A stretch of 63,883 nt of DNA, filler included, from 5 parts of 5 records of this genome joined end to end with filler, not necessarily neighbours in it, one strand, 5' to 3'. Shown: positions 42,001-51,556, counted from the first letter of the whole stretch. A program made the numbers and translations. The notes: generated by a model from the sequence alone, not told the origin.

Positions 42001-44608
42001 GACGAGCATCCGCGGCAGCAATATCCATGCGCGCTTCTAGATTGACCTTTTCCGCCCGCCGCTCTTCCAAGATTTCTTGAACGCGGGCCGCTTTTCGCTG
42101 TTCTGCCAGTGCAGTCTGACGTTGGCGCTCGCGGGACAATGTTTCCTGCTCTCGCTTCTCTTCCTCTAGCTTCAATTCCTTGCCGGCATGATACAACCAC
42201 GAGCACATCAATCATGCGAAAAGTGCACCAGCCCATGGTGCCCATACCGACAACGATGACAAGGACAAGAGCAAGAGCAAAAAATGGTTCAACAATGGCC
42301 CTTACCGCTAGGCGCTTCAGCCGCTGTTGTTCGAGCAAGGCTGAAGAGGCCGCTTCTGCTGCGAGGTTATCAGCAGCGTCGGTTGCGACGGTAGGCTCGC
42401 CATTAATTGCCCCGTTTGAGTACTTGGCGGACAAACGAGGTGTCTGCACTCCAGACTGACCAATACAGCGCACGTGAGAAATATATGTCACAGATATCAC
42501 AAGGCTAAAGCACGGCCAAATGAACGCTCACACCATTCCACCGCCCCCACCGCCCGTCCACAGCACGCTTTGCGTACCGGGAGCGTAGGAGTGTCAACGC
42601 GACTCCGAAACGAATGCTCAAGGGCATCGTCACGTTCCAGCGATGCGTCTTTGGAAAACGCGTTTTCATCCCTCGCCGCTTTCTTTCTCTGCGTTTCACG
42701 TGCCTTCTTCTTCTTTTCGCGTGCCGCACGCCGAACCTGTTGGATGCAAAGTGTGCACAACGTGAGTGTTGGTCTTACGCTCCAAATCACGGTCTACCAC
42801 AAAAATCTACAAACCTCTCTTGCATCATCACGCTCTTTGCGACGGTCCCATCCCGCTTTTGTCATGATCCTATCCCGTGGCACGTCCTCCTCAAAATCGC
42901 TGTCGTCATAGTAAATACTGAATGTACCGGCCTTGGTTCAGTGAACATACACAAACAAGTAGCATAAGAAATCTCGTCTCGTCACTCGCAAACACAGCAT
43001 GCGGCAAGCCGTATCTTGAGCTAAAAGGGCTCACCGCTTCATCCACAGCATCGATTTCCCCGCCATACCACTGCCCCTCGCCTCGAAAGTCAGCCATGAC
43101 CTTGTCACCAACGTAGAGACTGCCGTGACTAAGGTCATCGTCACCTTCGGTGTCGTCTGAGGTGGTGTCAGGCGCAAAACTCTCAGCTTCGCTGCCATTT
43201 CCGTCCGGCAATGATGTGGTCCTGATTGGAACAGGGTCATGGCGAGCAGGTGCCAAGTTTCCCGACCCTTCTCCGGACGAAGAGTGACCAGGTGTATCCC
43301 ACCCAACATCTTCGGCATCGGCTGGCGGCGGCGTGGCAAATCCGCCCCCATCATCAGAAGCAATGGGACTCCCTTCCGCTCCGGCTGCAGCTAGCTCTTC
43401 AAGCAGGTCCATAATTTGCACAGCCGTGTCCTTAATCCAGGCTTTCCATGCTGGAGTTTTGAAATCTCTTCCAAACGCATCGCCTTGATCTACCCTCAAC
43501 TTCTTCATTGACATGCCATCATCTGGCCCCAAAGCCTGCCAAGTATTATAGCACAGACCATGCGACAAACAAGTAAGGAAACACCATTGTGACGCGGCCT
43601 GACGTCGGGCCAAGTCGACTAAGGTTTCTAATGTTCTGCTAAAACAGACAAAGTTACCTCGAGCTGCATTTGAAGAAATCCACGCAGCGACCGCACCTAG
43701 CAGCCACAAAACCAAGCATTTCACGTCAAAGAACATTGTACCAAGGCTTGAAATACATTCACACGCATTAACTGCAACAACTTTTCCGTACTTGTTGCTC
43801 GGAACATTCGCCGGGCTCCAGTGCTGAGTCATTCGGACCAAAGCATCCGTAGTCCACCTCATCTGTTGCTACTAAGTCAATCGTATTCGACGCTGCTGCC
43901 TTTGGCTCGCTGCTTTCACTGTTACTTCTGCTTCTATCACCGCCACCGTTGTTTGCAGCGCTCGCTTGCTCTTCAGAGTCAATGTCTTCCATAATGGAGT
44001 GCGCAGCCGCCTTGAACCACGTCTTCCACGCAGAAGACGCAAACGGCATCTGAAAAGCATCAGCCTGAAGTCAGCAACGCAGGAACCAGGCAAAGGAATA
44101 GCGTGAGTGGACGAAACATGAATGGATGTATTGCCAGCCGCAAACAACGTATCGAGGACTGAGAACGCGAGAAAGCCCAACGCCCGCTCACCTGCTCAAG
44201 GCGTAACGATTTGACCGACACGGCATCCTCTGGCCCGAGTGATTGAATCTTCTTTCGCAATGCTGCTCGCAGTTCTTCCAGCCGGTGCGGCTCCCACTGT
44301 TCCGGATGCTCTACATTCTCACTTGCCAACGCCTCGTCCGCGTCGAATCCTCCCAGAGGGTCGTTCGGGTCAAACCCGTCGGACTCGTTCAGATCCCTCG
44401 CGGCCTTCAGCCCGTCGGCACTCGACACAGAGCGCCTGCGCGAGCTGGAGCCACTGTCGATTGAGCTCGTGCGGGACCAATCAGGACTGCGAGGTGGAGA
44501 CGAAGTCGCGCGAGGGGGTGGGTCTGACGACTGGCGATTGCGCTCATTTGGCCCCGGTTGCTCCTGCTGCCGCTGCTGGTCGTCGTCGTCGTCGTCGTTG
44601 TTGTTGCT
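36062..44608 (-). CDS. Multi-exon eukaryotic gene, 5'-truncated at the contig end: two DEK-C-like repeats, Tudor-like domain, coiled coils, WW domain; may be more than one gene
   Basis: Frame is open to the contig edge. Repeats LGPEDAVSVKSLRLEQ/ADAFQMPFASSAWKTWFK and LGPDDGMSMKKLRVDQGDAFGRDFKTPAWKAWIK. Tudor-like VGDKVMADFRGEGQWYGGEI. WW DWRTGTING/RAYYYRVDRPSDVHWDKP joined across intron 37730-37825. Confidence 0.55.
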
Positions 44609-44708
44609 NNNNNNNNNNNNNNNNNNNNNNNNNNNNNNNNNNNNNNNNNNNNTTAATTAATTAANNNNNNNNNNNNNNNNNNNNNNNNNNNNNNNNNNNN
44701 NNNNNNNN
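44609..44708. other. Artificial contig spacer
   Basis: N44-TTAATTAATTAA-N44. Confidence 0.99.
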
Positions 44709-45156
44709 GGTGCAGGACACCGTGATGAAGGCCTGGGCCAAGCAGTCCAGCTTCGAGATGGGCACCAATATCAAGGCCTGGTTGTTCACCATCCTGCGCA
44801 ACGAATTCTACAGCCAGATGCGCAAGCGCGGACGTGAGGTGCAGGATACCGACGGGGCCTTTACCGAACGCCTTTCCGTGCACCCTTCGCAATATGGCTC
44901 GATGGATCTCGAAGACTTCAAGGCAGCGCTTTCCGAGCTCCCCGATGACCAGCGCGAAGCCATCATCCTGATCGGCGCTTCGGGCTTTTCCTATGAAGAG
45001 GCGGCCTCGATCTGCGAGTGCGCCGTTGGCACCATGAAGAGCCGGGTCAGCCGTGCCCGCACGCGCCTGACTGAACTGCTCAAGGTGAGCGGGGAGTCCG
45101 ATTATGGTCCCGATGCCGTTTCCGCGCAGGTGACGTCAGGCAATCACGGCTTTTGA
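44709..45156 (+). CDS. ecfG: ECF15 general-stress sigma factor, 5'-truncated
   Basis: VQDTVMKAW, GTNIKAWLFTILRNEFYSQMRKRGREV, QREAIILIGASGFSYEEAA...GTMKSRVSRAR. Confidence 0.88.
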
Positions 45157-45512
45157 GCGAGACGGACCCTGATGGCCTCGGCCAGGTCCGCATCAGGCAA
45201 TGGTTTGAGCAAGATGGGGGTGCCGGGCAGGTCCGGCACGCCTTGCGCGCGAAGATCATCCGCGCTGATGCCGATGATGGCTATGCCGCTCTGGGTCAGT
45301 TGTTGGGCGAAGGCGATCAACTCGGGCTTGTCAGTTTCGATCTCGACAATGGCCAGCGCTGCCCGTGACCAGTCGGTCAACTGCTGATTGGCCTCGTCCG
45401 GGCTGCGCGCCAGAACGACATGTGACGCCCCCATGGCCTGCAGGGCGCTTTGTATCCCCAATGCGATGATGAATTCGGTCTCGAGGACGAGAACCGTTCG
45501 GCCGGTCAGCAT
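45144..45512 (-). CDS. Single-domain (pseudo-)receiver protein
   Basis: VLVLETEFIIA...LAIVEI...LLKP: REC fold with Glu at the phosphoacceptor position. Confidence 0.75.
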   Translation of the reverse strand: MLTGRTVLVLETEFIIALGIQSALQAMGASHVVLARSPDEANQQLTDWSRAALAIVEIETDKPELIAFAQQLTQSGIAIIGISADDLRAQGVPDLPGTPILLKPLPDADLAEAIRVRLAQKP

Positions 45513-45592
45513 GGGCGTGCTTTCTGTTCTGGTGTGCCCCCGGTCCCTGATCGGCTCTAATGGTATCGCTGTCATTTAACTTTGACATGTCG

Positions 45593-45617
45593 GGAACGCT
45601 CTATGCCGGCAAGCGTT
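45593..45617 (+). promoter_or_regulatory. EcfG-dependent promoter for the Crp/Fnr gene
   Basis: GGAAC-N16-CGTT. Confidence 0.75.
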
Positions 45618-45652
45618 TGGTATCTCGACTTCCAAAAGCGTCAGGAAATCAA

Positions 45653-46411
45653 TTGAGTCTGGTCCTTCCATCTTCGGGGCGACGTGTGTCCTGTGAGCAA
45701 TGCCCGCTGCGCACGCTGCCAACGTTTCGTGACTTTTCGGCTGGCGAGCTGAAATTCGTTTCCAGCTTCAAAACTGGCGAAATGACCGCCGAATCCGGAG
45801 CCGTGATCCTGAGTGAGGGGGCGCACAGTGCGCATCTTTTTACACTGCTGTCGGGCTGGGCATTTCGCTTCAAGATGCTCGATGACGGGCGCCGGCAGAT
45901 TCTGAACTATGTGCTGCCCGGCGATCTGGTCGGGTTGCAGGGCTCGGTGATCGGGGAGATGGAGCACTCGGTCGAAGCGCTCTCGCCCCTGGTGCTGTGC
46001 GTTTTTCAGCGCGACCGGCTCGATGAGTTGTTCGCCAATCACCCCGGCCTTGGCTTCGATGTCACCTGGCTGGCAGCGCGTGAGGAGCGAATGCTGGACG
46101 ATCATCTGCTCAGCCTGGGCCGGCGCACGGCGCTGGAGCGGGCCGCCTATCTCCTGGCGTTCCTGCATGAACGGGCACGGGCTGTCGGGCTGGGCAAGGG
46201 GCAGGGGCCCCTGTCCATCCCGCTGACCCAACAGCATGTTGCCGATACGCTGGGGCTGTCCATCGTTCATACCAACAAGACATTGCGCAAGCTGACAAAC
46301 AAGGGTCTGATCCGCTGGCTTGGACGGAGTTGCGAAGTGCTCGATGCGGCAGAGCTGGCGCGCCTGGCCGGTTGGGAAGGTCTGGGTGAACCGGTCCGTC
46401 CCCTGATATAG
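45653..46411 (+). CDS. Crp/Fnr-family regulator
   Basis: CEQCPLR, GWAFRFKMLDDGRRQILNYVLPGD, LGRRTALER, LTQQHVADTLGLSIVHTNKTL. TTG start after AGGA; start uncertain. Confidence 0.88.
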   Translation: MSLVLPSSGRRVSCEQCPLRTLPTFRDFSAGELKFVSSFKTGEMTAESGAVILSEGAHSAHLFTLLSGWAFRFKMLDDGRRQILNYVLPGDLVGLQGSVIGEMEHSVEALSPLVLCVFQRDRLDELFANHPGLGFDVTWLAAREERMLDDHLLSLGRRTALERAAYLLAFLHERARAVGLGKGQGPLSIPLTQQHVADTLGLSIVHTNKTLRKLTNKGLIRWLGRSCEVLDAAELARLAGWEGLGEPVRPLI

Positions 46412-46488
46412 CCATGTCGGCCTCATTGCTGCCATCGCTGGAAAGCATTGCTCGGGTACAGCGGCCGCACCCGCCGCAGGAGCAGGAG

Positions 46489-47913
46489 ATGAGCGTCTTG
46501 GTTGACCGGCCCAAAAGCGTCGAGGGACCGCATCTTGTCCGGCGGGGCACACGGCGCCTGGCTGTGTGGGTTTCGCTCGGCCTTGTGTGCCTGGCCGCCG
46601 TTGCGGCACTGATGCTGATGCAGGGCATCGACCGGCAGCTCAACGACATCAACAAGACCTATGCCGTGCGCAATGCCGCGCGCGAGCTGACCCATGCACT
46701 GAGCCAGGCCGAGGCCAGCCAGCGCGGGTTCCTGCTGACGGCCGATCCGCAATTCCTCCAGCCCTACCGAGAGGCGGTCTCAAGCCTTGATCGTCGTGTC
46801 GCCGCCCTGATGGAAATGACAACGGATGATCGCGGGCAAAGTGACCGCGTTGCCAGCATTACCGGCGACATTTCAAGCAAGATGGCGGAAATGAACCGCA
46901 CCGTGGAGTTGGTTTCGACGCGCCGCAGTGAAGAGGCTCAGACCCTGACCGAGACCGGCATGGGCGCGCGGCTGATGGCCGAGGTCAGCGCGACGCTGGA
47001 AGATTTCATCGCCGAGGAGGATGCCAAGCTGGCCGATCGCAATGCGCAGATCGACCAGACCCGCACCGGCCTGGTCGCGGCGCTGATTGCCGCGCTCGCG
47101 GCGGCGGCGATCCTGGCCTATGCCCTGTTGATGCGCACCCAGAAGCAGGTCAGCGCATTGGCCCAGCGCCATCGCGGGCTGTTGAGCCAAAACGAGGCGC
47201 TGGAAGAAGAAGTGGCCGAGCGCACGCGGGATATCGAGGAAGCGCGGGCCCATGCCGAGCGCGAACGGCAGCGGGTGGAGGCGCTGTTGCAGGACACCAA
47301 TCACCGCATTGGCAATTCGCTGGCCACGGTCTCTTCGCTCCTGGCCTTGCAGGTCATGCGCACCCAATCGGACGATGTCCGCACGGCGCTGGAAGCGGCG
47401 CGGCTGCGTGTGCACGCGGTGGCCTCGGCCCATCGCCGCCTGCGCCTGGGGGATGATCTTGAAACCGCTAGCGCTGACGAATTCCTCGCCGCTGTGCTTG
47501 AAGACCTCGCCGAAACCCAGACCGATGGCGGGCGGATCGCGGTACATGGCGAACTTTCGCCCATTGAAGTGAGTGCGCGCGATGCCACCACGCTCGGCAT
47601 CCTGGTCGGCGAGCTGGTGACCAATGCATTGAAGTATGCTTTTCCGGACGCGCGCAGCGGCACCATCACCGTGACACTGACCCGCGATGAACAAGACGTG
47701 CCGATGCTTTGCGTCCAGGATGACGGCGTGGGCATGCCGGAGGGTGATGATGCAACCGAATCCGGACTGGGCTCGGTTATCGTCAAACAGCTCTCGGGCC
47801 AGTTTGGCGGGGAGCCGCACTACGCCCCGGCGAATGGTGGCGGGCTCGAAGTGACAATCCGGCTTCCCGAACTGGGCCGCACCAGGACAACAACCAAGGA
47901 TGATACTCTTTGA
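46489..47913 (+). CDS. CHASE3 sensor histidine kinase (HisKA_2/HWE class)
   Basis: TM-AEASQRGFLLTADPQFLQPY-TM, DTNHRIGNSL H-box, ELVTNALKYAF, DDGVG, SGLG. Confidence 0.9.
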   Translation: MSVLVDRPKSVEGPHLVRRGTRRLAVWVSLGLVCLAAVAALMLMQGIDRQLNDINKTYAVRNAARELTHALSQAEASQRGFLLTADPQFLQPYREAVSSLDRRVAALMEMTTDDRGQSDRVASITGDISSKMAEMNRTVELVSTRRSEEAQTLTETGMGARLMAEVSATLEDFIAEEDAKLADRNAQIDQTRTGLVAALIAALAAAAILAYALLMRTQKQVSALAQRHRGLLSQNEALEEEVAERTRDIEEARAHAERERQRVEALLQDTNHRIGNSLATVSSLLALQVMRTQSDDVRTALEAARLRVHAVASAHRRLRLGDDLETASADEFLAAVLEDLAETQTDGGRIAVHGELSPIEVSARDATTLGILVGELVTNALKYAFPDARSGTITVTLTRDEQDVPMLCVQDDGVGMPEGDDATESGLGSVIVKQLSGQFGGEPHYAPANGGGLEVTIRLPELGRTRTTTKDDTL

Positions 47914-48830
47914 AAATCCGGGCCATTTTGAACAAGGACGGCGGGACCCTGCGCACCATGGATCTCGACGAACTCTGCGCCATGGCGAAGGATCTGTTCG
48001 CGCGCGAGGGACACGAACTCGAATGCACGATCGTGGCGGGCAAGGATGTTGAGAAAGCCCTCAAGGCCGCTGCCAATGACCCGTCCGTCGAGGCGGTGAT
48101 TGCTGGTGGTGGCGATGGCACGATTTCGGCGGCGGCAGGCATTGCCTTCAAGAGCAACAAGCCCCTTGGCATTTTGCCGGCCGGCACGATGAACCTGTTC
48201 GCGCGTGCCCTGGGCATGCCGCTCGAACTCGATCGCGCCTTGGCTGCCATTGCGCGCGGGGAGGTGGACCGCATTGACATCGCCACGGCCAATGGACGGC
48301 CGTTCGTGCATCAATTCGGGGTCGGCATTCACGCGCGCCTGGTGCGCATCCGCAATGGCATGGTCTATCGCAGCCGCATCGGCAAGATGCTGGCCAGCCT
48401 GCGCGCAATCATGGCGTCAGCTGTCAATCCGCCGCGCTTCGAGGTGGAACTGCACACCGAAAAGGGCGACAGGACGGTAACCGCTACGGGCGTGGCAATT
48501 TCCAACAATCCGCTCGATGACAGTCCCGTGCCAGTGGCCGAGACGCTCAATTCAGGGCGGCTGGGCGTCTATGTCGCGCACAGCGTCTCCACCCGGGAGC
48601 TGCTCAATCTGGCGCTTGATGTGATGAGCGGGCGCTGGCGCGCCAACCCGGCCGTCAGTGAAACCGAAGTGCGCGACCTGATCCTGCGTTTTCCCAAGCG
48701 CAAGCGGGGCACTCATGCGGTAGTCGACGGGGAATTGATTGATCTGGAAAATGCCGTGGATCTGCAATTGCATGCCTTGGCACTGCCGGTGATCCGACCA
48801 GCCAGGGACATGCGCACGAACGGGCGCTGA
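47910..48830 (+). CDS. Diacylglycerol kinase catalytic-domain (YegS-like) lipid kinase
   Basis: AGGGDGTI, ILPAGTMNLFARALG, VDGE; overlaps the kinase stop. Confidence 0.9.
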   Translation: MKIRAILNKDGGTLRTMDLDELCAMAKDLFAREGHELECTIVAGKDVEKALKAAANDPSVEAVIAGGGDGTISAAAGIAFKSNKPLGILPAGTMNLFARALGMPLELDRALAAIARGEVDRIDIATANGRPFVHQFGVGIHARLVRIRNGMVYRSRIGKMLASLRAIMASAVNPPRFEVELHTEKGDRTVTATGVAISNNPLDDSPVPVAETLNSGRLGVYVAHSVSTRELLNLALDVMSGRWRANPAVSETEVRDLILRFPKRKRGTHAVVDGELIDLENAVDLQLHALALPVIRPARDMRTNGR

Positions 48831-48840
48831 CGCTTTCGCG

Positions 48841-49278
48841 TCAGGCCTCGTCCTCATCATTGCTGTCGCGTAGCAGAGCGATGGCGGCAATGGCCGCAGC
48901 CGGTAGTCCCAGGCGCAGCAGCCCCGGCGATCTGGCCAGCAAGGGCAGCACCGTGATAGCAGCCGTTGTCAGGAAAGTGCTGGTTTCCTTGGCCCGGCGG
49001 CGTTCCGCCAATTCCTTTTGCCGCTGGCCGCGCCCGATCAGCGATCCCAGATAGACCGCAAGGGCCAGCACCAGGAATGTTCCGGCCAGGATGAGCGCGG
49101 CGATGATGGGACCGACAATGTCGGCCAGTGCCATGAAGCCGGCCGCGATCAGGAAGCCGACGGCAATGGCGCAAAACAGCGCGATCAGCCCCCAGACCAG
49201 GGCCGCTGATTTTGCCTTGGACGCCAGACCTTCGACCTCCAGCCCCAATAGGGAAGCAAGTGGCGAAATCAGACCCAT
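48841..49278 (-). CDS. Hypothetical membrane protein (YqjE/holin-like), downstream of DUF883
   Basis: Two TM helices plus a hydrophobic tail; 2-nt gap after the DUF883 gene. Confidence 0.7.
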   Translation of the reverse strand: MGLISPLASLLGLEVEGLASKAKSAALVWGLIALFCAIAVGFLIAAGFMALADIVGPIIAALILAGTFLVLALAVYLGSLIGRGQRQKELAERRRAKETSTFLTTAAITVLPLLARSPGLLRLGLPAAAIAAIALLRDSNDEDEA

Positions 49279-49280
49279 AA

Positions 49281-49649
49281 TTAGTGCCGGGTGAGCAGGG
49301 CGAAGACGAAGCCGATCCCGGCGGCTGCGGCCACGGCCGTCAGCGGCTTTTCGCGGATGGTATCCTTGAGCTGTTTTTCAGCCTGGGTCACCTGATCCTG
49401 CGCATCGTCCAGCATGTGCTGGCCGCGGGCCTGCAATTGCTTGACCTCATTGGTCGCCAGTGCGCGCGCCTCACCCACCTTCTCGCCGGAGAGTTTTCCC
49501 AGCGTGTCGGAAATCGCCCTGATGTCGGCCTGAAGCTGGGCGACCTGCGCCTCGAGCTCCTGCTCGCGGGTCTCGGTCTTGGCCTTGGCGGCCGCGCCAC
49601 CATTGCCGGCCTTGCGGCGGGATGGGGCCATATCGGAAGTCGTAGCCAT
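49281..49649 (-). CDS. DUF883 / ElaB-YqjD family protein
   Basis: Coiled coil followed by IREKPLTAVAAAAGIGFVFALL; AAGGAG RBS. Confidence 0.88.
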   Translation of the reverse strand: MATTSDMAPSRRKAGNGGAAAKAKTETREQELEAQVAQLQADIRAISDTLGKLSGEKVGEARALATNEVKQLQARGQHMLDDAQDQVTQAEKQLKDTIREKPLTAVAAAAGIGFVFALLTRH

Positions 49650-49677
49650 TGGACGCTCCTTGTTGTGTTGTCGGAAC

Positions 49678-49702
49678 AACGCCAGGGATCAGCGTGAGTT
49701 CC
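49678..49702 (-). promoter_or_regulatory. EcfG-dependent promoter for the DUF883 operon
   Basis: Minus-strand GGAAC-N16-CGTT. Confidence 0.8.
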
Positions 49703-49717
49703 GCGGTGAGTGGGGTG

Positions 49718-49845
49718 AAAAAAAGAAGTCCCGACAAGCCCTTGGCCTGTCGGGACGAAAGGCGCGGATCGAAAGGGGGGCGACCATCGATCCGCAAGGG
49801 GCACATTCCTTTTTGAAGGAGAACCAGAGGGACCTGGCGTGCCCG
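49718..49845 (-). ncRNA. Candidate structured sRNA / 3'UTR ending in a rho-independent terminator
   Basis: Branched stem GGGCAC/GTGCCC, hairpin GCGGATCGA/TCGATCCGC with a C6-containing loop, terminator GTCCCGACA/TGTCGGGAC plus U-tract. Confidence 0.45.
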
Positions 49846-49863
49846 TTTGGGTTTATACGGCGG

Positions 49864-50016
49864 CTAGATGCGACCCATCAGCACCAGGATCAGCACCACG
49901 ACCAGAACGACGCCGAGAATGCCCGAGGGGAAGTAGCCGAAGCCACGCGAATATCCCCAGTTCGGCAGCGCGCCGATCAGCAAGAGAATAAGAATGATGA
50001 GAAGTATCGTACCCAT
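49864..50016 (-). CDS. DUF3309-family small membrane protein (50 aa), missed by the ORF track
   Basis: MGTILLIILILLLIGALPNWGYSRGFGYFPSGILGVVLVVVLILVLMGRI*; GGAGG RBS. Confidence 0.88.
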   Translation of the reverse strand: MGTILLIILILLLIGALPNWGYSRGFGYFPSGILGVVLVVVLILVLMGRI

Positions 50017-50060
50017 TGAACCCTCCGGGATCTGTTGTTGGCTGGTGCGCCTTTTCGACC

Positions 50061-50231
50061 CTAGAGAAGGGCGACCAGCAGAGCGGTAGCGGTGGCCAGG
50101 ATGAGGGAGGCGGGAAGAAGAGCTAGAGCTACTTCGGCATAGCGCGACTGGTGGTCGTAAAGATCGTCGCTCCAGGTGGCTGCGGTGACCCGGCTGTTGC
50201 CATCATGGGTTCTGAACTGGGACTGGTTCAT
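50061..50231 (-). CDS. Small 56-aa protein with a C-terminal TM helix, missed by the ORF track
   Basis: MNQSQFRTHDGNSRVTAATWSDDLYDHQSRYAEVALALLPASLILATATALLVALL*; AGGAG 9 nt upstream; EcfG promoter upstream. Confidence 0.6.
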   Translation of the reverse strand: MNQSQFRTHDGNSRVTAATWSDDLYDHQSRYAEVALALLPASLILATATALLVALL

Positions 50232-50301
50232 CGTCGTCATCTCCTGCGATCCGGTTTGCCGGACCTTTCCTGGCAGGCCCGCTCGGCCCGCGTGCCAAAA
50301 G

Positions 50302-50327
50302 AACGAGGTGATGACGATTTTGGTTCC
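50302..50327 (-). promoter_or_regulatory. EcfG-dependent promoter for the small-protein operon
   Basis: Minus-strand GGAAC-N17-CGTT. Confidence 0.78.
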
Positions 50328-50336
50328 GTTGCCCGC

Positions 50337-51215
50337 TTACTCGACGCGCAGCACGTCCACCGATTGCTTGGTTTCGTGCGATCCGTTGGTACGCAGAACG
50401 CCGACAATTGGCGAGATGTCGGAATAGTCGCGCCCATGGCCGATCGAGATATGATCGGGTCCGGCAATCATGGCATTGGTGGGGTCGAACTCGACCCAGC
50501 CCAGATGCTGGCCGCACCAGGCCCGCACCCAGGCATGCATGGCATCGGCCCCTTCAAGGCGCGTTTGCCCTTCCGGCGGATTGGTGCGCAGGAAGCCCGA
50601 GACATAGCCGGCCGGAATGCCGATGCCGCGCAGGCCCGCAATCATCACATGGGCAAAATCCTGGCACACGCCCTTGCGCAACTCGAAGGCCTCGGCCGGG
50701 CGGGTTTCGACATCGGTCGCCTTGGGATCGTATTCGAAATCCTTGTGGATCGCCATGCACAGAGCGGTGGCAACGCCCAGCGTGGTGGGTGCGTTGGCCG
50801 TCATCGCGCGCGCATAGTCCGTAATCGCGGGAACGATCTGGACGCGGGACGAGGCCGCCAGGAAATGCTGAGGGCTGGTGGATGCCACCGACCAATATTG
50901 CCCGATCTCGCGGGAGAGTTGCGCCAGTGGCGGCGAGAAGTCGGCGGGTGGGGAGATATCCTCGATCTGCACACGCGCAGTCAGGCGAATGGTCAGCTTG
51001 TCATGCGGTGCGATCATGGTGATGGCGGTCACCGAATTGCCGAAGAAGTCGAGAAATCCGTTCTGGCGCGCCGGCGCCGGTTCAATGGCCAGCGAGGACG
51101 CAATAACGCGCTGCAGGCCGGGCACGTTGGCCGGCGCCACGCGAATGTGGTGGCGGCCGCCATGCACCGGGGCGTCATAGTCATATTCGAGAGCCAGGCG
51201 GATATCGTAGAGCAT
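50337..51215 (-). CDS. Transglutaminase-family protein (Bact_transglu_N plus catalytic core)
   Basis: DFFGN, GVCQDFAH (Cys), YVSGFL, ADAMHAW (His), FDPTN (Asp), GRDYSD. Confidence 0.92.
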   Translation of the reverse strand: MLYDIRLALEYDYDAPVHGGRHHIRVAPANVPGLQRVIASSLAIEPAPARQNGFLDFFGNSVTAITMIAPHDKLTIRLTARVQIEDISPPADFSPPLAQLSREIGQYWSVASTSPQHFLAASSRVQIVPAITDYARAMTANAPTTLGVATALCMAIHKDFEYDPKATDVETRPAEAFELRKGVCQDFAHVMIAGLRGIGIPAGYVSGFLRTNPPEGQTRLEGADAMHAWVRAWCGQHLGWVEFDPTNAMIAGPDHISIGHGRDYSDISPIVGVLRTNGSHETKQSVDVLRVE

Positions 51216-51226
51216 CTGTCCCGCCC

Positions 51227-51556
51227 TCAGGTGAAATAAGCCGCGGCGATCAGGCTGGACAACATGCCCACATCGTCTGCCAACCGGTCGAGCCGCGCCG
51301 GTGTCATATCGCTGGCCTCGGCGATGACCAGGTCGGTGTGGATCTCCAGCGCCAGCTTGGCCGCAGGCGAAAGCTGTTCATCGTCAATGCCGCCGGGCAG
51401 GGCCTCGATCTGGTCGCGCAATTCGGTCATTTGGAAGAGCACCGAGCGCGGATTGAGCGGGTCGAGGATCAGCAAGTCGACGGCGCTCAGTGCACCGGCC
51501 GTCACCGAATATCGGCGCCGATGCGACATCACGCTGTCGCCGATTTCGAGCAGCAT
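51227..51556 (-). CDS. C-terminal alpha-E domain, 5'-truncated (likely a circularly permuted ATP-grasp/alpha-E protein)
   Basis: DSVMSHRRRY...VDLLILDPLNPRSVLFQ...AYF; directly upstream of the transglutaminase. Confidence 0.8.
   Translation of the reverse strand: MLLEIGDSVMSHRRRYSVTAGALSAVDLLILDPLNPRSVLFQMTELRDQIEALPGGIDDEQLSPAAKLALEIHTDLVIAEASDMTPARLDRLADDVGMLSSLIAAAYFT

Noticed and set aside
28851..44608. Eukaryote-to-bacterium horizontal transfer
   Set aside because: Eukaryotic segments are bounded by artificial spacers, so no physical linkage is shown.
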